A DNA stretch of 64,000 bases from Spirochaetota bacterium (GTDB taxonomy: Bacteria; Spirochaetota; UBA4802; UBA5550). Made by a program: the position numbers and the translations under genes. The stretch spans positions 2,930 to 66,929 of the forward strand of contig JBNKTL010000009.1 in NCBI GenBank assembly GCA_050298055.1, read 5' to 3'. The notes beneath the pieces were generated by a model. The model saw nothing but the letters and a program-made list of their open reading frames with translations. It did not search any database and had not been told where the DNA came from. Positions 55,326-63,725 of this stretch are shown here, one piece after another; position 1 is the stretch's first letter; every line of letters begins with the position of its first letter.

Positions 55326-57686
55326 ATGGAGAATTTGTTTTATGTTGCGCCAATCGGCTCAATTGTTGCTCTTCTCTTTGCCTGGGTTTTTTATAAGAGC
55401 ATGATGAGTGCTGATCCTGGCAGTGAAACAATGGTTGAGATTGCCGGTCATGTAAAGCAGGGCGCAAAGGCTTATCTCAATAGACAGTACAAGGTTGTTA
55501 CAATAGTTTTTATTGTTCTTCTGGTTATCCTGACTATCCTGTCATTTCTGGGCGTACAGAATCCCTTCGTTCCCTTTGCCTTCCTTACCGGAGGTTTCTT
55601 TTCGGGATTATGCGGATATCTCGGTATGATGACCGCGACCAACGCGTCAAACCGGACTGCCCAGGGTGCTTCACAGTCGTTGAATGCCGGTCTTAAAGTC
55701 GCGTTCAGGTCAGGAGCTGTTATGGGGCTGGTTGTTGTCGGATTCGGTCTGCTTGATATATCAATCTGGTATCTTGCTCTCAACGCGATTTATGACAATA
55801 ATATATTCGGACTTGGTGAGCATATCCTCAAGAGTCTTCCGGAAGACGTGGGTGCCGGAACAACTTTCTCAGCATCTGTTTTAACAAACACTGCATGGGT
55901 CAAGATCAAAATGAGTGAGATCACAACTACCATGCTTACATTTGGTATGGGCGCGTCCACACAGGCACTCTTTGCCCGTGTTGGCGGCGGTATCTTTACC
56001 AAAGCTGCCGATGTGGGTGCTGACCTCGTCGGTAAGGTTGAAGCGGGAATTCCTGAAGATGATCCGCGGAACCCCGCGACAATAGCGGACAACGTCGGAG
56101 ATAATGTTGGTGATGTTGCAGGAATGGGCGCTGACCTTTATGAATCTTACTGCGGTTCCATCCTTGCGACTGCAGCGCTGGGTGCTGCCCTTCCCCTTGC
56201 AGAGGGTGCTACAATTATCGATATCATCAAACCGATCATTGCGCCAATGGTTGTGGGCGGACTGGGTATCATGTTCTCTGTTATTGGAATATTCGCGGTC
56301 AGGACAAAGGAAGACTCTTCCATGAAGAACCTTCTCAAGTCACTGAATGTAGGTGTCTGGGGAAGTTCATTCCTTATCCTCGCGGCGCTTGCGGTTATGG
56401 CTTCACAGGGGATCATCACCTGGGGTATTTTCGGTGCTGTTATTGTGGGTCTCATAGCCGGTCTGATCATCGGGCAGGCAACCGAATACTATACCTCTGA
56501 TGAATATAAGCCCACACAGCAGATTGCCGCGCAGACCCAAATGGGTCATGCCACAACGATTATCGAAGGTATCGGCGTGGGGATGTTCTCCGCGGGGATA
56601 CCTGTTGTGACCATCGTTATCGGCATTCTTCTTGCTTTTGGCGTGTCCGGGGGATTTACAAACATGAACGCGGGACTCTATGGAATCGGTTTTGCCGCTG
56701 TAGGAATGCTCTCCACTCTCGGTATCACGCTTGCCACAGACGCGTACGGGCCCATTGCTGACAACGCAGGCGGTAACGCCGAGATGAGCGGTCTTGATCC
56801 CAAGGTTCGTGAAAGAACAGACGCCCTTGATATGCTGGGCAATACAACTGCCGCTACAGGTAAGGGTTTTGCTATCGGTTCCGCAGCTCTCACAGCCATG
56901 GCTCTTCTTTCCGCTTATCTTGAAGAGATCAAGATCTGGCTCGGCAAGCTTGGCGGAAAAGAGGGTTTTCAGGTTGGAGGATATAAGTTTTACGCAGTGC
57001 TCCCCGATGCCGATACAATTGCGAAGGCAAAAGAGCAGGGAGTCATAATAATGAAATCTTCTGCTGCCGCAATATCTGATTTTGTGGCCGCTTATGACTT
57101 AAGCCTCATGAATCCCATGGTGCTTTCCGGTATATTTATCGGTGCCATGATGGCTTTCGTTTTCAGCGCAATGACAATGAAGGCTGTTGGAAGGGCCGCA
57201 GGGGACATGGTCAACGAAGTGAGAAGGCAGTTCAGGGAAATCCCAGGCATTATGGATGGAAAGGGAAAGCCCGACTATGCAAGCTGTGTTGCCATTTCTA
57301 CCGCAGGAGCACAAAAAGAGATGATCGTTCCTTCGCTTATGGCTATTATCGTTCCTGTTGTTACAGGGATTTTCCTCGGAGTCGGCGGGGTCCTGGGACT
57401 TCTTGTGGGCGGACTGACCGCGGGTTTCTCTCTTGCATGCCTCCTGAATAACTCCGGCGGCGCGTGGGACAATGCCAAGAAGTTTATCGAGAAGGGAAAT
57501 TTCGGCGGCAAGGGGTCCGATTCTCACAAGGCCGGTGTTACCGGTGATACGGTTGGTGATCCTTTTAAGGACACATCAGGTCCTGCGCTGAACATCCTGA
57601 TAAAACTTATGTCAATGGTATCGGTTGTATTTGCCGGTGTTGTTGTCAAGTATTCAAAATACTTTTCAGATTTTATTGGTCTGTAA
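55326..57686 (+). CDS. hppA: membrane-bound (cation-pumping) pyrophosphatase, K+-dependent type
   Basis: FTKAADVGADLVGKVE, DNVGDNVGDVAGMGADL(YE), GNTTAATGKGFAIGSAAL, DNAKK and DTVGDPFKDTSGP are M-PPase signatures. Confidence 0.9.
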   Translation: MENLFYVAPIGSIVALLFAWVFYKSMMSADPGSETMVEIAGHVKQGAKAYLNRQYKVVTIVFIVLLVILTILSFLGVQNPFVPFAFLTGGFFSGLCGYLGMMTATNASNRTAQGASQSLNAGLKVAFRSGAVMGLVVVGFGLLDISIWYLALNAIYDNNIFGLGEHILKSLPEDVGAGTTFSASVLTNTAWVKIKMSEITTTMLTFGMGASTQALFARVGGGIFTKAADVGADLVGKVEAGIPEDDPRNPATIADNVGDNVGDVAGMGADLYESYCGSILATAALGAALPLAEGATIIDIIKPIIAPMVVGGLGIMFSVIGIFAVRTKEDSSMKNLLKSLNVGVWGSSFLILAALAVMASQGIITWGIFGAVIVGLIAGLIIGQATEYYTSDEYKPTQQIAAQTQMGHATTIIEGIGVGMFSAGIPVVTIVIGILLAFGVSGGFTNMNAGLYGIGFAAVGMLSTLGITLATDAYGPIADNAGGNAEMSGLDPKVRERTDALDMLGNTTAATGKGFAIGSAALTAMALLSAYLEEIKIWLGKLGGKEGFQVGGYKFYAVLPDADTIAKAKEQGVIIMKSSAAAISDFVAAYDLSLMNPMVLSGIFIGAMMAFVFSAMTMKAVGRAAGDMVNEVRRQFREIPGIMDGKGKPDYASCVAISTAGAQKEMIVPSLMAIIVPVVTGIFLGVGGVLGLLVGGLTAGFSLACLLNNSGGAWDNAKKFIEKGNFGGKGSDSHKAGVTGDTVGDPFKDTSGPALNILIKLMSMVSVVFAGVVVKYSKYFSDFIGL

Positions 57687-57710
57687 AAACTTTTTAATAA
57701 TTGATAGAGA

Positions 57711-57740
57711 AAAAAGGGGTCCGGAAGGGCCCCTTTTTTT
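57711..57740 (+). terminator. rho-independent terminator of hppA
   Basis: A run, then GGGGTCC-GGAA-GGGCCCC, then T7. 7-bp stem with a GNRA-type loop. Confidence 0.75.
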
Positions 57741-57818
57741 GGTGCGCCCGGTATGGACGAATGCTGACAGGTGTGATAATAAATCTTACTATAATAAGGT
57801 CATATGCGCATATTTCCC

Positions 57819-57848
57819 TTGACAGGAATTTTTTTTCAGACGTACAAT
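57819..57848 (+). promoter_or_regulatory. putative sigma70-type promoter upstream of the small Cys-rich ORF
   Basis: TTGACA (57819-57824), 18 nt, TACAAT (57843-57848). Confidence 0.4.
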
Positions 57849-57928
57849 TAACTGTTTTGAGTTCAAAAAGAAATTGAGCTTGAGATGAAAGGGTTCAGAA
57901 AAAATTTATTGGCATCAGGAGGCATCTT

Positions 57929-58210
57929 TTGGCTAGATTAATTGTATCTTTAAGTTTAATAGGAAGTTTTCTCGTGGTTTTACCGGTTGAGTCCCGGGCC
58001 AGGGACAAGTGCTGGCTTCTCAGCAGCAGAAGTGTGGGAAGAATGAAGTGCAAGTATACCTGGAAGAAGAAAAGAAGCAAGTTGCACAGTTGGGCCACAA
58101 ACTGGTGCCGGAACACGGGAATTGGAAATAAATTGAAGAACACTCAATACTTCTCATGTAATAAAAAAGGAACGAAGTGCAGGGAGATTAATGCTACCTG
58201 CTACAAGTAA
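57929..58210 (+). CDS. small secreted, highly basic, 6-cysteine protein (hypothetical)
   Basis: TTG start 6 nt after a perfect AGGAGG. Signal peptide MARLIVSLSLIGSFLVVLPVESRA; the ~69-aa mature part has about 20 K/R and Cys at residues 28, 41, 60, 77, 84 and 91. Confidence 0.5.
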   Translation: MARLIVSLSLIGSFLVVLPVESRARDKCWLLSSRSVGRMKCKYTWKKKRSKLHSWATNWCRNTGIGNKLKNTQYFSCNKKGTKCREINATCYK

Positions 58211-58294
58211 CGAAAAGAGACCAACTGGAGAGAAAGCATTTATACATTCAACAATCACGCTTTTTTAAAAATTAACAATTTTTTTATATTACAG

Positions 58295-58394
58295 GGGTTT
58301 TCATTTTAAAATAATTAGTTATATTTAAGAAAAGAAATTATAGATAATTCTAAAATTCTTAATATTTTCAACTAATTATTTTAAATGAAAACCC
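58295..58394. repeat. 25/26-bp near-perfect inverted repeat separated by 49 nt, with the right arm covering the kinase start codon
   Basis: GGGTTTTCATTTTAAAATAATTAGTT (58295-58320) against AACTAATTATTTTAAATGAAAACCC (58370-58394). One single-nt bulge. Confidence 0.7.
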
Positions 58395-59665
58395 GGACTT
58401 CTTCAAAGACAATAAATGATCTCAATGCCATCCTTGATATTGAACAAAACCTCACAGGAAAAAGCTACCTTAAGGCGCTGATAAAAAATACGGCCCGGAT
58501 ATTAAATATTAAATATGTTCTGGTCGGCAAATCAACAGGACCTGACAACAGGCAGGTAAAAACAGAAATTGTCTGGGCGGATACGGACTTTGGGGATAAC
58601 TTTGTCTATGATTTAAAAGGGACCCCCTGTGATAATGTTCTCAGCGGAAACCGGGTCTGTGTCTTTCCCAATGAAGTGGCAAGTCAGTTCCCCGAAGATA
58701 CTTTATTAAAGGAGATGGGAGTCTCGTCTTATATCGGGGCTCCAATTATTACTCCCGAAGAAGAACTCTCCAGCCTTCTGGTCTTACTGGATGACAAACC
58801 GATCATTAATGTGGATTATTTTAAATCGATAATTGATTTTCTGGCCATGCGGGCTTCCACGGAAATGGAAAGATATAAGATTGAAGAGAGCCTTAAGCAG
58901 CGGGTCAGTGAACAGACTGTTGAACTTGAGACGGCCAATGAAAAGCTTCAAAATGTATTAGAGGATCTGGAGGAGAGTATAGCCGCCAAGAACAGGTTTT
59001 TTTCAATTATTGCCCATGACCTGAGAAGTCCCTTTATCGGGCTTATCGGTTTTACGGAAATGGTCATGAATAATTTTGAAAATTTTTCAAAAGATGATTT
59101 AAAAGGAATTTTTAAAGAAATTAATTCTTCAGGAAACATACTCTATAACCTGCTGGAAAATCTTCTTCACTGGTCCATGACACAGACCGGCTCACTCCCG
59201 TTCAATCCGAAAAGGTATAACCTGAATAAGCTGGTAAATGAAGTTCTCCTCATTCTGGAACAGAATGCCCGGGTAAAAGATATCGAACTGGAAGTAGTGG
59301 TCTCTGAAGGGGTCTATGCTGAATTTGACATTGATATGCTTAAATCTGCTTTAAGAAACCTGTTATCCAATGCCATAAAATATTCTCATCCCGGAAGCCG
59401 GGTAACCCTGGAAGTCATAAAGGAGAATGACTTTACTCATGTTTCGGTCATTGACAGGGGAAAAGGAATAAAACCGGAAGATCTTGAAAAAATTTTTCAG
59501 ATTGAGAACATACACTCCACCCAGGGGACTGCCGGTGAATCCGGGACCGGCCTGGGGTTGATTCTCGCGAAAGAGTATGTGGAAAAAAACGGAGGTCAGA
59601 TCCGGGTTGAGAGTGAACCGGGAAAGGGCAGCCGGTTCAGCTTTGCCATTCCGGTGGTTTTATAA
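58385..59665 (+). CDS. cytoplasmic sensor histidine kinase: GAF-like-HisKA-HATPase
   Basis: GAF-like N-terminus (YIGAPIITPEEELSSLLVLLD); H-box FFSIIAHDLRSPF; ATPase NLLSNAIKYS, IDRGKGI, GTGLGLILAKEYVEKNGG. No SD is visible before the ATG. Confidence 0.8.
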   Translation: MKTRTSSKTINDLNAILDIEQNLTGKSYLKALIKNTARILNIKYVLVGKSTGPDNRQVKTEIVWADTDFGDNFVYDLKGTPCDNVLSGNRVCVFPNEVASQFPEDTLLKEMGVSSYIGAPIITPEEELSSLLVLLDDKPIINVDYFKSIIDFLAMRASTEMERYKIEESLKQRVSEQTVELETANEKLQNVLEDLEESIAAKNRFFSIIAHDLRSPFIGLIGFTEMVMNNFENFSKDDLKGIFKEINSSGNILYNLLENLLHWSMTQTGSLPFNPKRYNLNKLVNEVLLILEQNARVKDIELEVVVSEGVYAEFDIDMLKSALRNLLSNAIKYSHPGSRVTLEVIKENDFTHVSVIDRGKGIKPEDLEKIFQIENIHSTQGTAGESGTGLGLILAKEYVEKNGGQIRVESEPGKGSRFSFAIPVVL

Positions 59666-59685
59666 AACTCTCTTTTGCCAGCCGA

Positions 59686-60318
59686 TTATTTACCTGTGGG
59701 TTTATATATATTAAAGGATTGGTGCTTTAAAACAGGATAACTTTCTGTGACAATAAATCCGGCCTTTTTTAGCTCTCTTTTTATTGTCTCCTCTTTAATA
59801 GCGTGACCAAAAAGCTTTCTGAAAAACCCGAGTTTCTTCGGATCATAATCAATTACTGCCAGTCTTCCCTTTTCTTTTAAGACAGATCTGAGTTGAGAAA
59901 AATATTCTACCCGGTTCTGGAAATCGTGATAGGCGTTTCTGATAAAGATCAGGTCTATTGAGTTTTTTTCCAGTTTTGAATCATCGTATTCAGCAAAAAC
60001 AACAATAATATTTGAAATACCTTTCTCCCTGATTTTTTCCCGGATAAAGTCAACGCTCTTTTTGCTGATATCCACTGAGTAGACTTTACCTTCCTCTCCA
60101 ACAGCTTTAGAAAGCTTGAATGAGAAATATCCTCCTCCTGCTCCCAGATCAGCTACCGTGTTTCCCTTTTTCAATTTCAGGTATGGGATCACATCAATGG
60201 AATCGCGTTCCTCCCTTTCAGCCTGATCATTAAAATGCTGCGGGCTGCTGCATTCCATGAGACTTATGGCAAAAGTGATAACTATTACGGATTTGATTAT
60301 ATTAATTGTTTTTTTCAT
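59686..60318 (-). CDS. class I SAM-dependent methyltransferase with N-terminal hydrophobic anchor or signal
   Basis: Motif I VADLGAGGGYFSFKLS, post-I VYSVDIS, motif II-like DLIFIRNAYHD. Confidence 0.7.
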   Translation of the reverse strand: MKKTINIIKSVIVITFAISLMECSSPQHFNDQAEREERDSIDVIPYLKLKKGNTVADLGAGGGYFSFKLSKAVGEEGKVYSVDISKKSVDFIREKIREKGISNIIVVFAEYDDSKLEKNSIDLIFIRNAYHDFQNRVEYFSQLRSVLKEKGRLAVIDYDPKKLGFFRKLFGHAIKEETIKRELKKAGFIVTESYPVLKHQSFNIYKPTGK

Positions 60319-60377
60319 TTTTCTCTCCTTGTTAAATGATTAACATACTATTAAATGAATCCATAAAGTGTTTAATG

Positions 60378-61061
60378 TCAAGTGTCAGATATATTTTTTA
60401 TTTGCCGATTTCCTGTTTCGGAGAAATAGATTTTCACCCTGTTAAATTCATCAGACTCCCCCATATCGGGGAATGTTGTTTCCCTTAGTTCGTCCATGAG
60501 CCTGTAGTCCCGGTTGGGGAATTCCTTTATCCGGCTGTCTGCAATAATGACCAGGGAAGCCAGCTGAGTGAACTCCTCCAGCAGGGGATAGTTGTTCCTG
60601 TCATAGAGGATGTCCGCGGCAAGCAGAACGTCAAAGGGGAGATCAAGTCCCTCCAGTGTTGTAACAGCTTTCAGGTCAATCCTGTTCAGAACGGCATTTT
60701 CTTCCGCGGCTGTGATGGCATGGGGGTCCATATCCAGGGCGACAACCTCACGGGCCCCGGCCTGCTTCGCCGCAATGGCCGTAACTCCGCTGCCGCAGCC
60801 AAAATCGAGGACACGCTTCCCCTGAACATGGCCGGGTCGTTCTAATATCCATCTGGCAAGGGCCTGTCCGCTTGCCCAGCAGAAGGTCCAGTAGGGGGGA
60901 TCTTCCATGAGCGAATGCATTATTTCTCCGGAAAGTTTTCCTCCCGGGAAATCTTTGCTGACCAGGTATAAGCGGATTTCCTGCACATGGGGAAGGTCCT
61001 GGGGCTCAATCCTTGCGGAGGGTATGCGGGTATCTACGATTTTCTGTAATATTTTGCTCAT
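60378..61061 (-). CDS. class I SAM-dependent methyltransferase (PrmA/protein-lysine MT-like)
   Basis: RVLDFGCGSGVTAIAAKQAGAREVVALDMDPHAI and DVLLAADILYD resemble the PrmA/Methyltransf_16 pattern. Confidence 0.65.
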   Translation of the reverse strand: MSKILQKIVDTRIPSARIEPQDLPHVQEIRLYLVSKDFPGGKLSGEIMHSLMEDPPYWTFCWASGQALARWILERPGHVQGKRVLDFGCGSGVTAIAAKQAGAREVVALDMDPHAITAAEENAVLNRIDLKAVTTLEGLDLPFDVLLAADILYDRNNYPLLEEFTQLASLVIIADSRIKEFPNRDYRLMDELRETTFPDMGESDEFNRVKIYFSETGNRQIKNISDT

Positions 61062-61142
61062 GGTTTCAGTATTGGATAAAATACCGATGTTTTCTTTTCA
61101 ATAAAAAAAGTTTTACGGTGTGGCCTTAATGGTCCATTACTT

Positions 61143-61178
61143 AAAAAATCGAACAAGGGGGCAGAGCCCCCCTTGTTC
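61143..61178 (-). terminator. rho-independent terminator of the lipoprotein/FGE operon
   Basis: On the minus strand: GAACAAGGGGG-loop-CCCCCTTGTTC followed by GATTTTTT. Confidence 0.7.
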
Positions 61179-61273
61179 TTCCCATTGTAAGAGGTAAAGA
61201 TGTAAAAATCCGCTGAACAGGATGTTTAAATGCCGCCCCTGTCCGGGATAAGCGAAAATGGGGCGGCTAAAAA

Positions 61274-62377
61274 TTACTGGGTCCTCGCAAAGCGAAAGCC
61301 CAGGATGTAGATATCGTAAGATGGAGATTCGCCGTCCAAAGTGCCAATATTCAGACCAGTATTGCTGTTCCAGGCACCGCCCCGGGCCACGCGATAAGTC
61401 CCCCCATTCGCAGTAAAACACCACTCCCATACATTTCCGCTCATATCGTAAAGACCCAGAGTATTGGGCGCTTTTGTTTTCACTGCCGCTACCTCTGTTA
61501 CACCGGTTGAGACCCATGAACTGCCATTATAATAGTAACCATACACCGCTACCCGGTCATTGGCCTCCTTGCCGTCTACAACACTGCTTGTATCCGTATC
61601 TGATGTGTCATCGTAATAGGTCGTGGCGCCGCTGGCTGAATTGCCTTTAGTAAAACAGGGATCTGTATATCCTGATACTATATTAGTTGAATCGCTGCCC
61701 CTGTACCGTGCGGCGTACTCCCACTCATCACTTGTGGGAAGGCGGTAACCGGTCTTCGCGGTATCTTCAACAGTATCCGCATGGTCCCAGCTGCTGCTTA
61801 TTCCGGAATATGCTGCATTACCGGTATTTCCGTCACGCATCTCCGTAAGCCAGTTGCAGAACATTATGGCGCCGTACCAGCTCACGTACACTACGGGATG
61901 GTCCTCATAGCCCGGGGCCACGGAAAAGGTGTCCGTGCTCTCGTCATAGCTTATCTTCATATAGAATGAAGAGGCGTCAAGATCAATGAGCTCCTGTGCC
62001 CCATACATCACTGTTGAAGCGCTTACCTCATTATGCTCTCCCCCGGTCTCCACGATTTTACCATTGTCAAGGGCCCACTGCAATACTTTGGCGAACAAGC
62101 CGTTGGTCACCTCTGTCTCACTGAGAAAGAACTTTGTGGTTATAGTTGCTGTCCCGCTGTCATCTGCATTAGTAGGAAAGGTAATGCTTGCCTGGTTGTT
62201 GGCGTAAATCATTGCAGCGGTTTCCGAACCAACGGAAATGTCCACTGACTGCCCGGGTGTATCGGCTGAATCAAAGGTTACAGGTATACTCCCTCCGCCA
62301 CCGCCGTCATCGCCGCAGGCAGTAATAAGTGATGCCGCAAACATCAGCACAAATAGTAGATAAATTTTTCTACTCAT
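61274..62377 (-). CDS. formylglycine-generating-enzyme (SUMF1/FGE-sulfatase) domain lipoprotein
   Basis: Start set at MSRKIYLLFVLMFAASLITAC (GAGAGGAAG SD, lipobox). FGE-domain motifs FFLSETEVTNGLF, HPVVYVSWYGAIMFCNWL, YRLPTSDEWEYAAR, GNVWEWC, RGGAW, GFRFAR. Confidence 0.8.
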   Translation of the reverse strand: MSRKIYLLFVLMFAASLITACGDDGGGGGSIPVTFDSADTPGQSVDISVGSETAAMIYANNQASITFPTNADDSGTATITTKFFLSETEVTNGLFAKVLQWALDNGKIVETGGEHNEVSASTVMYGAQELIDLDASSFYMKISYDESTDTFSVAPGYEDHPVVYVSWYGAIMFCNWLTEMRDGNTGNAAYSGISSSWDHADTVEDTAKTGYRLPTSDEWEYAARYRGSDSTNIVSGYTDPCFTKGNSASGATTYYDDTSDTDTSSVVDGKEANDRVAVYGYYYNGSSWVSTGVTEVAAVKTKAPNTLGLYDMSGNVWEWCFTANGGTYRVARGGAWNSNTGLNIGTLDGESPSYDIYILGFRFARTQ

Positions 62378-62390
62378 TATTCTTCCTCTC

Positions 62391-63167
62391 TTAATGGAGC
62401 TTCCAGGAGATCTTTTTCTTATCAAATTGATAAAAGATCACCTCTTTTGTTTTACCGGTTATAAGCCCGTTGTTTTTAAAACATGCCCTGTCGGTCTGTT
62501 CCCATATAGTGTATGTAACACCGTCTCCGGGTATGCAGCGGGTTTTGTAAACCAGGTCGCTTGATTTTGTTGTTTTACCCGCGGTTTTTCTCTTTTCGGT
62601 TCCAACTGAGATATCCATCCGTCCCATTTTTCTTTTTGCCTGGTAGGGGCGGGTTTTTGAGTAGTTTTTGATCTCAACGCAGATTTCCCTGCCGGTAACG
62701 GAGATTGAGACATTGTTATCTAGGTGTTGAACCGGTTTGTCGCACTGGTTGTTCCGGAATCCGCTTATGCTGGGTTCCGCCCAGCGGGATTTCAGCGGTT
62801 TGCGGCTTCTCAGGGGATTTTTCGCGGGGATATTATAGAATTTCCTGGCATAGGAGGATTTCATCCTTCCGGACAGATCCTCAGAGGCCTTCTTATATCC
62901 TGCAATACACGGTTCAAGCTCTGTGAAAAGTCCTTTGTTCTTTTCGCCGGGGCATTGTCTTTGAAGGTTTTCAAACTCATATTTAACGGTCTGGTACATC
63001 CTGCCGTTTGGAGAGATGTTATCACACCTGCTCTGTCTAAAGTATGAGGCCCCCGCCTTGCATTCGGGGCTTGGCCCTCCTGCCGCCACGGGCATGCTGA
63101 AGCATGAACTTAAAAGCGCCGCAGAGAAAGCGGAACCCAGAGCTGCTAATACGATCTGTTTTTTCAT
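62391..63167 (-). CDS. hypothetical lipoprotein with N-terminal 4-Cys module
   Basis: Signal peptide plus lipobox (LLSSC), then C-x11-C-x23-C-x14-C. 13 nt upstream of the FGE-domain gene. Confidence 0.5.
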   Translation of the reverse strand: MKKQIVLAALGSAFSAALLSSCFSMPVAAGGPSPECKAGASYFRQSRCDNISPNGRMYQTVKYEFENLQRQCPGEKNKGLFTELEPCIAGYKKASEDLSGRMKSSYARKFYNIPAKNPLRSRKPLKSRWAEPSISGFRNNQCDKPVQHLDNNVSISVTGREICVEIKNYSKTRPYQAKRKMGRMDISVGTEKRKTAGKTTKSSDLVYKTRCIPGDGVTYTIWEQTDRACFKNNGLITGKTKEVIFYQFDKKKISWKLH

Positions 63168-63475
63168 CTTTCCCTGCTCCTGAGATCCTCAATACATTTA
63201 TCGATTTTTTTCAGCTCTTTCTGGCTTGCGGCGTCTTTACAGTTCAGGGAAATGCTGTTCCGTGTCCGCTGAACATTATCGCTGTATCCCGCCGGCACAC
63301 TTTTCGGCTTTTTCGCGCAGTAGTTCTTATAGACATCATTAATTGTTTTTATGCAGTTTCCACTGCCCGCCTGCCTCTCCTTCTGGATTGCAGAGTTGAA
63401 ATCGGGCGTCATTGCGCACGAAACAACCGTAAGAAATGATGCGGCAACAAATGCTGTGATTAATAGTGATTTCAT
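63164..63475 (-). CDS. hypothetical small lipoprotein consisting of one 4-Cys module
   Basis: Signal peptide plus lipobox (VVSC), then C-x11-C-x25-C-x14-C. ATGA overlap with the next gene. Confidence 0.5.
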   Translation of the reverse strand: MKSLLITAFVAASFLTVVSCAMTPDFNSAIQKERQAGSGNCIKTINDVYKNYCAKKPKSVPAGYSDNVQRTRNSISLNCKDAASQKELKKIDKCIEDLRSRER

Positions 63476-63725
63476 TTTTTTATTCTCCTTGTTTTAAAAA
63501 TGTTTTAATAAAAAATAAGATGATAAAAATATTCATTAAGGTAAATCAAAAAAGATGAGGCGAATGTGAATCGCTACTCATACGGTGTAAACGACATGCT
63601 GACCTGCAAAAAGTCATTTTCATCGGTCAAATAATTTTGTATTATAGAAGGGGATGAGGTTAACGGACTCTTTCTTTGAAAGGGTATTATATATTCCCGT
63701 CCCGAATTATTGTGAAAGAAGGAAA

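Noticed and set aside
57885-57941. 18-codon ATG ORF (MKGFRKNLLASGGIFWLD) overlapping the SD and start of the Cys-rich ORF, a possible leader peptide.
   Set aside because: It has only a weak SD and no distinctive codon content (no run of regulatory amino acids). It is kept only as an alternative in the 57819-58210 finding.
59686-60318. Apparently exported or lipoprotein SAM-dependent methyltransferase, which would be odd because SAM is cytoplasmic.
   Set aside because: The Cys context (LMEC) is not a canonical lipobox. The N-terminal hydrophobic stretch can equally be a membrane anchor with a cytoplasmic catalytic domain. Topology cannot be decided by eye.
61137-61517. 126-aa ORF from the track that overlaps the 3' end of the FGE-domain gene and the terminator.
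   Set aside because: It is out of frame with the well-supported FGE-domain gene and runs through the terminator hairpin.
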